From: Callorhinchus milii
Lineage: Eukaryota
DNA: 64,000 nt
Direction of reading: 5' to 3'
Assembly: GCF_018977255.1 (NCBI RefSeq)
Contig: NW_024704742.1
Location: 78,494,001-78,558,000, forward strand
The translations under genes were made by a program, and so were the position numbers. The notes under the pieces are model-generated. The model had not been told where the DNA came from, ran no database searches, and worked only from the letters and a program-made list of their open reading frames with translations. Of this stretch, positions 1-11,000 are shown one piece after another. Each line of letters opens with the position of its first letter. The first letter of the stretch is position 1.

Positions 1-24
1 GAATTTGCTGTTGAATTCACTGGG

Positions 25-180
25 TTGTGGGACATTGCTGTGCGCAATTGGCTGCCGCGTTCGCCCCAAAATATAAAATCAATTCACTTTACAGTACATT
101 CTGTGAAGCGCTTTGGGACGTCTGGAAGACGTGAAAAGCGCTATATCAAATGCAAGGATTATTATTATTATTATTATTAT
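25..180 (+). mobile_element. SINE 3' fragment
   Basis: Matches the 3' half of 30596-30915; similar fragments at 36900-37041, 38360-38535, 33405-33560 (-) and 33700-33850. Confidence 0.85.
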
Positions 181-940
181 CTGTTCAGTGTCAATCGTTG
201 CCAAGGCGCTTTGACCAAGTCGCAACGCTGCCCTTTTCCGACCTCCTGCCCTGCGGCCCCATCAAACATTTACAGTCTTGCGGGGCAAATCCGAGCAGAT
301 GCGTCTTCACGACATCTTTAAACGAAGTGGCTGCATTTCTTTGACCAAAGCTTCTGCAAACGTGGCCAGATTGAAACATCTCCAGATGGTGGAGCAGCGA
401 CTTGCTTGATTTTATTTTCCATGTGCTACAAACAGCACTTTTTTTTTTACACACACACACACACACATAAACACACGCAATTCAACTCATCGACTAAAAA
501 GTCTCTTTCTCCTTTTTGCATTTTATAACAATAATAACGACCTGATCGCCCTTCCATTCCCTGCACCTTTGTGTCCTTAGTATAATATATTTATATACAT
601 ATATATATAAACAGATCAGTTCTCTCTCTCTCTCTGTTATTGACACTTCATTCAGGACGGAATCAGATCAGATCATTCAACCAGAACCCTGACATTTCTC
701 CAGGGATATCTCCAAATACATTTGGGTCTAAATTAATTATGAGCCCTAAATCTGAACATTAATCGTACCCAAAGGCGCGTCGGTGCAAGAACAGGGCGAT
801 GAGTAAAGATCTGTGCAGCCAGAGACGGTGACTGAAGTCATTCATTCCCAGAACAGAGTCCAGGGAATAAATTCAGGGAATGATGCACAATATTCCTTCT
901 GCATCGAGAAGGGAAAATGGACACAATTCTCCATCCTTTT

Positions 941-1205
941 TGAGTGAGTGAGTCAGTGGATGTGTGAGTGAGTGAGTGAGTGGATGTGTGAGTGAGTGAG
1001 TCAGTGAGTGGATGTGTGAGTGAGTGAGTGAGTGAGTGAGTGAGTCAGTGAGTGAGTGAGTGAGTGGATGTGTGAGTGAGTGAGTGAGTGAGTGGATGTG
1101 TGAGTGAGTGAGTGAGTGAGTGGATGTGTGAGTGAGTGAGTGAGTGAGTGGATGTGTGAGTGAGTGAGTGAGTGAGTGGATGTGTGAGTGAGTGAGTGAG
1201 TGAGT
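941..1205. repeat. (TGAG)n microsatellite with periodic GGATGTG interruptions
   Basis: Directly visible; higher-order unit about 24-28 bp. Confidence 0.95.
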
Positions 1206-1370
1206 TTATTTCTCTCTCACTCTGTGCCTGTGCCAACCATCCAAAACCTAACAAGATCACTGCGTTACTCAATTGCTAACTAACTGACCAGGCGGCCATT
1301 ATAACGGCATAAGAGCCCAAATAAAGGCAGTTACAGTTTATTGAGAGGAAGAGATTACACACACACTTAC

Positions 1371-1425
1371 CTGTGTTGCCAGACAGGGACAGAGCACAAA
1401 CCACCAGCCTGAGCAGCAGCTGCAT
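1371..1425 (-). CDS. Putative first coding exon with signal peptide ([18 protein letters not shown]), possibly nAChR beta3; gene continues past the left edge
   Basis: GACATGC start context, 18 codons with hydrophobic core, phase-1 strong donor CAG|GTAAGT; same layout as nAChR exon 1. No exon 2 found in 1-1370. Confidence 0.6.
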
Positions 1426-1436
1426 GTCACCTCCCA

Positions 1437-1656
1437 GTCTGTGTCTGTATCTGTGTCTGTATCTCTGTGTCTGTATCTCTGTGTCTGTGTCTCTGTGTCT
1501 GTGTCTCTGTGTCTGTGTCTGTATCTCTGTATCTCTGTGTCTGTATCTCTGTGTCTGTGTCTCTGTCTCTGTGTCTGTGTCTCTGTGTCTGTGTCTCTGT
1601 GTCTGTATCTCTGTCTGTGTCTGTGTCTCTGTGTCTGTCTCTGTGTCTGTCTCTGT
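1437..1656. repeat. (TCTGTG/TC)n compound microsatellite
   Basis: Directly visible; source of the spurious C/L/V/S-rich ORFs. Confidence 0.95.
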
Positions 1657-1802
1657 GCTGCAAACTCAAACTCTCAGTCTTCCCACGCGATCGCTCGGAT
1701 CATCCCTCAGTCCACACTCTGGATCCCAACTTGTTCTCTAAACCCCATTCAGGCGCAGAAGCGGATCAGAAGCCAACATGAAGGGATCGAGGAGCAGCAG
1801 TG

Positions 1803-2532
1803 CCTGAGCTGAGCTGCTGAGCTGCTGGGCTGCTGTGCTGGGCTGCTGGGCTGGGCTGCTGGGCTGGGCTGGGCTGGGCTGGGCTGCTGTGCTGGGCTGC
1901 TGGGCTGCTGTGCTGGGCTGCTGGGCTGGGCTGCTGGGCTGCTGTGCTGGGCTGGGCTGGGCTGGGCTGCTGTGCTGGGCTGGGCTGGGCTGGGCTGCTG
2001 TGCTGGGCTGGGCTGGGCTGTGCTGGGCTGCTGTGCTGGGCTGCTGGGCTGGGCTGCTGTGCTGGGCTGAGCTGCTGGGCTGGGCTGCTGTGCTGGGCTG
2101 GGCTGCTGGGCTGGGCTGGGCTGCTGTGCTGGGCTGGGCTGGGCTGCTGTGCTGGGCTGGGCTGGGCTGCTGTGCTGGGCTGGGCTGGGCTGCTGTGCTG
2201 GGCTGGGCTGGGCTGCTGTGCTGGGCTGGGCTGCTGTGCTGGGCTGCTGTGCTGGGCTGTGCTGGGCTGCTGGGCTGGGCTGCTGGGCTGGGCTGCTGAG
2301 CTGTGCTGGGCTGAGCTGAGCTGTGCTGGGCTGGGCTGAGCTGTGCTGGGCTGGGCTGAGCTGTGCTGGGCTGGGCTGGGCTGGGCTGAGCTGAGCTGCT
2401 GGGCTGAGCTGTGCTGGGCTGAGCTGTGCTGGGCTGTGCTGGGCTGCTGTGCTGTGCTGGGCTGGGCTGCTGTGCTGTGCTGTGCTGGGCTGCTGTGCTG
2501 TGCTGTGCTGGGCTGAGCTGCTGCTGCTGAGC
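1803..2532. repeat. GGGCT/GTGCT/GAGCT/GCT pentamer array
   Basis: Directly visible, ~730 bp, G-rich on the + strand. Confidence 0.95.
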
Positions 2533-3307
2533 CACTGATCCCGGTGTGTGCGCCGGGCAGTCAGTGCTGTGCTGTTTGTCGAGCCTATAATCCCAGAGAA
2601 AAAAAAATTGCACTTCATGAATTTTCCCTGAGCTCTCAGCCACACCGACAGACAGATCAACACTCCGGGTCCTAAATCCCTCCAACTTCCTGCTGTGCAA
2701 TTCTGACCTGACATTTGAGAGTTTAGAACAGGTCACCCACAAAATACAGTCAATGCACTTTACAGTATATTATTGTGAAGCGCTTTGAGACGTCTCAACC
2801 ACGTCTTAGGAAAGAGAAGAGAGGTTTTTTTCCCCCCCAGTGCCCCTGGCCAATAATCCTCCAGATAAAATGGACCACTTCATGGCTTTTAGTGAGGCAA
2901 TTGTTGTGTGCAAACAGTGTTTGCGCACAAACCGCACAGTCACTACACGCTACAGTAAATTCTGCAAAGTGCTTTGTGACATTTTGATGATGTGGTAAGG
3001 CTTGTCATCAACAACAACAACAAGATTGCATTTATAGAGCGCCTTTCACGTCGGGAGGACAAATACAAGTCAGGACTTGAGTTCTCAGTCCAGGTTGACT
3101 ATCCAATGCAGAGGTGTGGAGGTGCATTGCATTGCAGTCCTTCAGAGGAATAATTAAATATTTGCCTGTTCAAGTGTTTATCAAAGATTTAATGACACTA
3201 TTTGAAAAAAGAAGCGAGTTTCTTCTGCTGTTCTGGTCAATAATAGCAAGGCCAACACTATGGGGAAAGTCCAAGTTGAGTCTGGTCATTTACTTCTTGG
3301 ATATTTG

Positions 3308-4220
3308 TAATAATATCCTTGCAATTGATATGGTGCCTTATCACCAAGATGTCTCAAAGCACTTCACAGAATATACTATAAAATGAATTGACTGTTTATT
3401 TTGTTGGGAAAACACAGCAGCCAATTGCACACATCAGTTCCCCCAAAACAGTCATGGATTGAGTGACCAAATAATCACTTTATTTTTTTTTAAAAAGGAT
3501 TATTATCCCTGGAAAAGCGATCCATCAATCAACTAATAACCGGGTTCCTACTTATTGCTAAGTAAACAGAGGAGTGTGGAGTAAGGAAACTGGCCTAAGG
3601 TTTCGCCCTGCTTTGGAATCGAACCCAAGTCCTCTCAGTGATGAGGCAAGTACTTTAATCAAATCACTACAGGACTCCACTCTATTTGTGGGGCATTGCT
3701 GTGCACAAATTAACTGCTGTATTTTCTTAGAAACTGCACAGTCAATCTGCTTTACAGTTGTCCTGTGAAGTGCTTTGAAATATCGTTCTAATGTGAAAGG
3801 CATTGTATCAATGCAATTTATTGTTGATGTATTATCGACAATATCCCTGGAAGATGTGAAAAACGCTATATCAAATGCAAGGATTATTTTATTTATTAAG
3901 CAAGAGACCTGGGTTCGATTCCTGGCAGGGCGAATGTTGGGCAAGTTTTTTTACTCCACGCACCTCTGTTTACCTAGCAGTAAGTAAGAACCTGGCTGTT
4001 AGTGGATCTTTTCCGGAGATAATAATTTTTTCAAAAACCCCCCAAAATTGGTCACTTCAATCCACGACTGTTTGAAGGAAACTGCTGTGCGCAATTGGCT
4101 GCCGCGTTTCAACCACAAAATATACAGTCAATTCACTTTACAGTATATTCTGTGAAGCGTTTTGAGACGTCTTGAAGATGTGATAAGGCGTTATATCAAA
4201 TGCAAGGATTATTATTATTA
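3308..4220. mobile_element. SINE cluster: long variant on - (3308-3678), tail fragments, and a 5'-truncated copy on + (3901-4220)
   Basis: Similarity to 49280-49662. Confidence 0.8.
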
Positions 4221-4252
4221 TCAGCAGAACTTCTTCCATGTTTACCATATAT

Positions 4253-4273
4253 ATCAGGACCATGGACAGCACA
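4253..4273 (+). promoter_or_regulatory. RE1/NRSE (REST-binding) element candidate
   Basis: ATCAGGACCATGGACAGCACA against consensus TTCAGCACCnnGGACAGCnCC, canonical 2-nt spacer; degenerate second copy ATCAAGACCATGGACCG at 4309. Confidence 0.6.
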
Positions 4274-5431
4274 GCTGTTCTGCTTTGACTTATTCTTATG
4301 TTACTGAAATCAAGACCATGGACCGATTCAGCAGTTTTAATCAACAACATCAGTTCAGAAAATAATAGAAAAATCAGCATTTTAAATTTAATCTGACCTT
4401 TGGGATTAAAATAGAAAATGCTGAAAGCATGTAGTCATATTTTTACCCTTTAGATGCAATTTCCTGGGCAGGGAGTGGAGAAGACTAATTTGCTGTTTCT
4501 GGATAGTGCACTGTGTAACATGTTTCCCATTGCTTGTCCTTGTCCTGCTGCGATCACGTTACTCATTTACCTTATAGAGCTTTTGGTTTATAGGAATTTT
4601 ATTTTGGTTGGTCAGATACATGTAGAAACCCAACTCCATGCTTAAGAGAATCCAAAACAGACTGAGAATTCCATGCATGCCACCTACACATTCCCCATAA
4701 AAATTCCCATGTCTGGAATGAAATACACAATAACTCCCTGGTTAAGTAATTCCAGAGAACATTAGGTGCAACATTAGCTGGCAAGAGCCATGGCTGGGAG
4801 ACCTGTGAATGTGCTTTGGGGCACTGCTGGAGTTTAACAAGCTAAAAACCCTATAGCTTGCATTGGGTAGCAAACTTTCCACTGATTATCCATCTAGGGC
4901 CACCCTGCCCATTAGAAACTTGGCTTGCAGAGCGGGAATAATCCTTGCCTCCCCACGGGTGACTAAGTCTGCCCTTCCAAGACTGAGGCTGGCTGGCTTG
5001 TCATCAGCCATGTCCTGAAGTATTGTGGACTTGCCAGGCTGAGGAACTGGAAGATCAAGATCACCATAGATTGAGTTCATTCTGACATTCCATTGCCAAG
5101 CATGTCACCTTGGAGCTGGTTTAGCTTGACTTATTTACCCTAAGGGAAATGGATACTAGATGGTAATTTTATATCCAACAAGCACAGGTTTGAGCCCTTA
5201 CTAAGTGGATGACAGGTACCAGGAACAGGTAAGTGTCCTGGTGAGAGGCACAGCACTTGTAGGATTACTAGGAATGGAAGCATGTCTACCCTTAATGACT
5301 GGTCTACCCAGTCTGTTTAGCCCACAAATATACAGTCAATTCACTTTACAGCTTATTCTATGAAGCTCTTTGAGACATCTAGAAGATGTGAAAAGCACTA
5401 TATCAAATACAAGGATTATTATTATTATTAC

Positions 5432-5468
<37 letters not shown>

Positions 5469-8045
5469 CCTTCAAGTCCTGCTGATGACCCAGGCTTTCT
5501 CATTTAATCATGCCTTGGAGCACCTCAGAACTGTTTGATTCAGGAATTATACAACCAAGACCACCACAGAGGATTGATCTAATTCCAGCATTCCACTGCC
5601 AGGCATATCACCTTAGAGTTGCTGACATTGCTTGTGCTGAGGTACAGTTCTATGACTGTTCACACTCACAAACCTAGCTAAAGTTTCATCTGAAACTGAG
5701 ATTGTCAGCAAGCTATTTATCCATGGGAGACATCCCAGTAGATTTTGATTCTATTCTGCTTTTGGTCTTCTCAATAATATTGCATTCATATTTGCTGATT
5801 TGGGAAAATTCAGTCCTACTTTGGAAGCCAGTTTGCCACGATTAATTAAGACTATGGTGGTATTTCCCAATGGGGACAAAACTTGAAACAGCAGAAAGAA
5901 TTTGATGGTAATTACCTGTGAAATACTCTTAGACATTTTGACGTGATAAAGTGCAATGAAATGCATTTCCTTTCTTTTTTCTTTCTTTATCTAAACTAAT
6001 GAGATCAGGGTCACAGATATTACATCAATTAAATTCTGATTTAATCCTATCTAGGGTAGTTTTCTTCATATTAGTGCTTACTTCCTAGCATTTCAATGAC
6101 AATGATTCTGCCCCGACCCTTTGCACCCCACCACCATAGTCTCACATCTCAGCAAAATAGCAAATTACATCTTTATTTTGTTCCCTTCCTTTTAATTCAT
6201 CAACCCAAGAATTCAATCTTCACCAGGCGCCAAATGGCTCTCTGATTGAATTCAAGATTCTCACCCTTCCTTATAAACCCTTCACATCCTAGCACTTCCA
6301 TGTCTCTTTGATCTTTTCATACCCCACACATCTGCTCACCCCTCCACTCAGTTAACATGGCCCTGTTGTGCATTCGCACCATTAATGGCTGAACCTTCAG
6401 CCATTGCAACCCAACCTTTGGCATTGCATGCCTCTGCCCTCTGCTGCATACCCTCACTATACGCTTTTCAACCTCACCTTAAAACCTCTGTCTTCAATCG
6501 TATCTCTTTTTACTTGGTTCTCTCCTTTCATTCTTGCTTAGCGTCTGATTCCACCACTGTGAAGCGCTCGGAGATGTTATCTTATGTAAGCATATGATGC
6601 AAAATGAAAGCTGTGGTTGTTAATAACAATTAACCATAATCTTAGCAATAATATATATGGCTACAAAGTTATTAAGGGAATGTTCCTTTTTGTACCCACC
6701 ACGAAGCACTTTGAGACCCTCTATTTCCCAAAAGATTGATCTACTATTGCAAACTACCTTATACATGTATTTTGTAATTTTGTAGTTCAAACCTAACTGT
6801 CCCATATATTGCTGAATTTAATACTATGCATATGTATTTTAATCAAAGCCCTGAATGATACAAATTTCTGTGATTAATGTGCCATGGTTTCAATAGAATG
6901 GTTTACAGTACATTCTGCTCAATTGACAATCGTGACATGGTATAACTGAATTGTATTGTACTAGATTTCAACTAGACAGTTCTGTGTTGTCCATTTCCCA
7001 AGATATTTTTGAATTATTACAGATGCCTATTGATACTTTCATTCCAAATACACTCCTGCTATTCTACATATTATTGATTTCACATTTCTACTGGATAGTC
7101 CTCAATCCATTCACAGTACTTTGATGAATACCCTGACTTCCCCAATATGAAGCACTGCACAATTATAAATTATTGTTGATTTACCCAAGAGAATTACTCA
7201 CTGTTAGAATTTATTTAAGTAGCATCTTGTATTTGAGTAGACATTCCATTCAGTGCTATGTTACTGAGATGAATATTTCCTCTGGATGCCTTGGACTAAT
7301 ACTCCTTTGCGTGATTAATATCTAAGTTGCTAATAGAAGGCTCAACAGTAATACAATTTACTCGGATGTATAGCATGCACGTCTAACACAGAACCCTTCA
7401 ATAATAGAAACAACCATGGTTTATAAGCTCCATTTGTAACATTGGGCCTGGCGGTGGCAAAATATATCACAGAGATTTATAACCAGCATTTTTAATAGCG
7501 AGCTTTGCATTTATATCTGACTGAGGTGTAAAACATATAACTTTCATTTCTCCTAGCAGCCCATGGATTACAGTAATATGAATCCTGACATTAACACAGT
7601 GCAGTTTTATGAAGATCTGCACCATGAACAAAAAAGCAATTCAGAACTGTAAATTGTTACACATTAATAGGATTAAGATCCCATATTTATACAATAGACT
7701 CTTGAAATCCTAAAATGATAGAGATTAATACCCTGTGATTTTAATAGAGTCAAGCACTATTACTGACATTAAGAATTTACAATTCTATGAAAGGTCAGAG
7801 GTATTATGTATCATAGACACAAATAGGACAATTTCTAATCCCACACATTTTCACTGCAAGCAAAACCACTTCTAATTTAACCAGCATTATTAGCATGATA
7901 TCCAACGTGTCTACTATAATAAATAATTCTTCATTTAGTATCTTATTGGATCAAAATGTCTGAAAGAACTTCACTGTTTTCTATAAAGGTCAGTGACTGT
8001 ATTTTTATTTTGTGCAAAATTTTGAGGGGTTTTTTGATGGTTGGT

Positions 8046-8423
8046 GAATTCAAGATCCTCATCCTCACCTTCGAATTCAAGATCCTCATCCTCACCTACA
8101 AGGCCATTCACGGCCTTGCTCCCTCCTACCTCTCTGATCTACTATCCCCCTACCTACCTGCCCGTACCCTCCGTTCCTCTGGCTCCGGTCTGCTCCACAT
8201 CCCCCCGCCCCAACTGCCCTACTATCGGTGGCCGGGCCTTCAGCCTCTCAGCCCCGAGGCTCTGGAACTCTATCCCCCAGTGCCTTCGCCGCTTCCTCCC
8301 TTTCCTCCTTCAAAACTGGTCTCAAGACCTTTCTCTTTGACCGTGCCTTCAGCTCCCCTCTCGACTCTCTACCCCCTCCTCGCTCCCTCCCTTCCCTCCC
8401 CTCAACCTGACCATTTCCCCCCT
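8046..8423 (+). mobile_element. L2-type LINE 3' fragment, left part of a split element
   Basis: Encodes FKILILTYKAIHGLAPSYLSDLL..PARTLRSS, the L2 ORF2 C-terminus; continues at 9291. Confidence 0.88.
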
Positions 8424-9290
8424 ACAACAACAACAACAACAACAAGATTCCACTTATAGAGCGCCTTTCACGTCAGGAGGACGTCCCAAGGCGCTGCACA
8501 GTTGGGTCATGACCCGAGCAGGGGGGAAATGGTCAGGGTGAGGGGAGGGAAGGGAGGGAGAGAGGAGGGGGAAATGGTCAGGGTGAGGGGAGGGAAGGGA
8601 GGGAGCGAGGAGGAGGAAGAGAGTCGAGAGGGGAGCTGAAGGCACGGTCAAAGAGAAAGGTTTGAGACCGGCCTTGAAGGAGGAAAGGGAGGAGGCGGCG
8701 AAGGCACTGGGGGATGGAGTTCCAGAGCCTGGGGGCTGAGAGGCTGAAGGCCCGACCACCGATAGTAGGGCGGTTGGGGCGGGGGACGTGGAGCAGACCG
8801 GAGCCAGAGGAACGGAGGGTACGGGCAGGTAGGTAGGGGATAGTAGGTTGGAGAGGTAGGAGGGAGCGAGGCCGTGAATGGCCTTGTAGGTGAGGATGAG
8901 GATCTTGAAATCAATCCTCTGGGGGATGGGGAGCCAGTGGAGGCGAGCGAGGGTGGGAGTGATGTGATCGCGAAGCCTGGTGCGGGACAGTACACGAGCT
9001 GCAGAGTTCTGAATGACCTGCAGCTTGTGGAGGGAGGTGGTGGGAAGGCCGGCGAGGAGAGAGTTCCCATAGTCCAGCCTTGAGGTGACAAAGGCGTGGA
9101 CCAGGGTTTCAGCAGCGTGAGGGGTGAGGTAGTGCCGTAGTCTGGCGATATTCCGGAGGTGATGGAAGGCGGTGCCAGTTGTGGTGCGGATGTGAGGGAG
9201 AAAGGACAGCTCAGGGTCGAACAAAACGCCGAGGTTCCTGACTGGCTTTGAGAGGTGGAGAGTGCAGCCTTGGATGCTGATGGTGTCAGC
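8424..9290 (-). mobile_element. Young 5'-truncated L2-type LINE inserted into another copy
   Basis: ORF 8454..9224 has HLRNIARLR..ETLVHAFVTSRLDYGNSLL..LQVIQNSAAR..LHWLPI; 3' stem-loop and (TTG)n tail. Confidence 0.92.
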
Positions 9291-9380
9291 GCTTGGGTCC
9301 TGACACTACTGTACAGCGCCTTGGGACGTCCTCCCGACATGAAAGGCGCTCTATAAATGGAATCTTGTTGTTGTCGTCGT
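9291..9380 (+). mobile_element. L2-type LINE 3' tail, right part of the split element
   Basis: Resumes exactly where 8423 stops when compared with the intact minus copy; ends in (TTG)n. Confidence 0.85.
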
Positions 9381-9384
9381 AGGG

Positions 9385-9690
9385 AAAAACTGATTTTGTG
9401 AGTCAGTGACTTTGGGGCATAGATATAAGATAGTCAAAAGTAGAGCAAAAGAGAGCTTCTGAAAATGTTTTCACTCAGAGGGTTGTTGGGATGTGGAATG
9501 CCCATTCAAATCAAATGGTAGAGATAGAGTATGGTGTGGGTTTCAAGAGGGATGTCGATAGGTATATGAAAGATAGAGGCTTGCAAAGGTGTGGGGAAAG
9601 TGCAGGGCAGTGGGATTTAAAGTGCAGCTCTGAGAGCTAGTACAAATCTGATTAGTCAAATGGTCTCCTTTTGCAGTGTAAATGTATATA
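9385..9690 (+). mobile_element. Old CR1-type 3' end
   Basis: GGGGCATAGATATAAG..TTTCACTCAGAGGGTTGTTGGGATGTGGAATGC resembles the CR1 3' end. Confidence 0.65.
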
Positions 9691-10556
9691 ATTCCAGGTG
9701 AATGCAGCAACGACGTACACTTTACGCATCACTAAAATTCTGTGTGAGCAGCACATGCCTTACCACACATTGATATCCTGTCCTTATGCCAATGCCTCCC
9801 ACCTGCACCTTCAAATCCCGAGGCTAATCATTTCATCACTGGGCTATAACCTATAGCACGTTATTCGGATTAAAAGTCTACATTTCTACTAGTATTGTTT
9901 TACAAACATTATCGCTTGCCATTTGTCCCAGTTATCTCTGCATTAGTACAGAGAAATTAAATCAATGCCTTTTATAGAACCTTATTTTTCACACATTGCA
10001 GCAACTAAAATCCTAATGCGTGCCCAGCATTGTACTTGAACAACTACCGTTTAGGCAGATTACCACCTTTAAACTGTACCAGAGTTTCCAACCATATTGC
10101 AAATTACTGAGAAGAGCAGCCTGCATTTCTATGATACAGCTTTGCTTTACTGGAAATAGGAGAATATTAGCATCTGTGTTATTGAGATTGACAAACAATG
10201 ATTATAATGAAAATCTCTCCATTACTACAAAGTACTCATGTGAGTGCTCTTCATTTTTTTAAGTGATTGTAAACACACACTGCTGATATAAATACACTGC
10301 AGTTGAAAATAGAGATCTCCGCGCTTGTACAAACTGAGAATAATTCAGCCCATTTATAATACAGCAGGGTAGCATCCAGCAGAGAGCTGAACCTCACCAA
10401 ACTAGGAAACAAATCAGTCAAATCTGAGTTTTATAACTACAGATAACCACAATCCATGTCACTGTCAGGATGGGCAACCGACGTTGCTGACATTGTGTCA
10501 GTTTACCAAGCTGCTCACTTGTTGTCAGACAAACCCTTTTCTTTATACTCTTAAGT

Positions 10557-11000
10557 TTGTCAGCTGGTAGAACTCTTGCCTGTGAGTCAGAAGATTGTGG
10601 GTTAAAGCCCAACGTTGTGACTTCGAATTCACACTTTATGCTGACTTCAATGCAGTAACACAGTTTACTGAGGGTATGCTGCATTGTCAGAGGTGCCGTT
10701 CTTCAGATGGGATGTTAAACTGCTGGTCCCATCTGCCGATTCATTTGGATGTTAAAGATCCCATAGCACTACTCAAACAAAGGCGGCCGGTTCTCACAGT
10801 GTCCTGGCCAACAATCCTCAAACACAATCAGTCACTCATTTCATTGGCTGTTTGTGGGCACTGCTGTGCTGAACACTGGCTGCTATGTTTGCTAGAAATA
10901 CACAGTCATTACACTTTACAGTAAAATCTTTTAAAGAGCTTTGTGATATCTTCATAGCATGATAATGTACTATATTAAATACAAGGATTATTATCATCAT
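10557..11000 (+). mobile_element. Deu-domain SINE
   Basis: tRNA-like head, then TACTGAGGG..GCTGCATTGTCAGAGGTGCCGT..GATGTTAAAGATCCCATAGCACTA..GTGTCCTGGCCAAC, then the shared L2-like tail. Confidence 0.75.

Noticed and set aside
191..466. Minus-strand ORF as exon 2 of the orphan gene
   Set aside because: No nAChR or other recognisable motif in the frames I read.
1045..1812. LTHS-, DTDT- and CLCV-rich ORFs
   Set aside because: Translations of microsatellites.
1803..2532. A true immunoglobulin class-switch region
   Set aside because: No Ig exons in the window; only motif resemblance, and AGCT is a minority of the units.
1738..2742. 334-aa and 321-aa ORFs rich in AQPS, plus overlapping plus-strand ORFs
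   Set aside because: Open in several frames on both strands because the pentamer repeat lacks stop codons; no domain or splice support.
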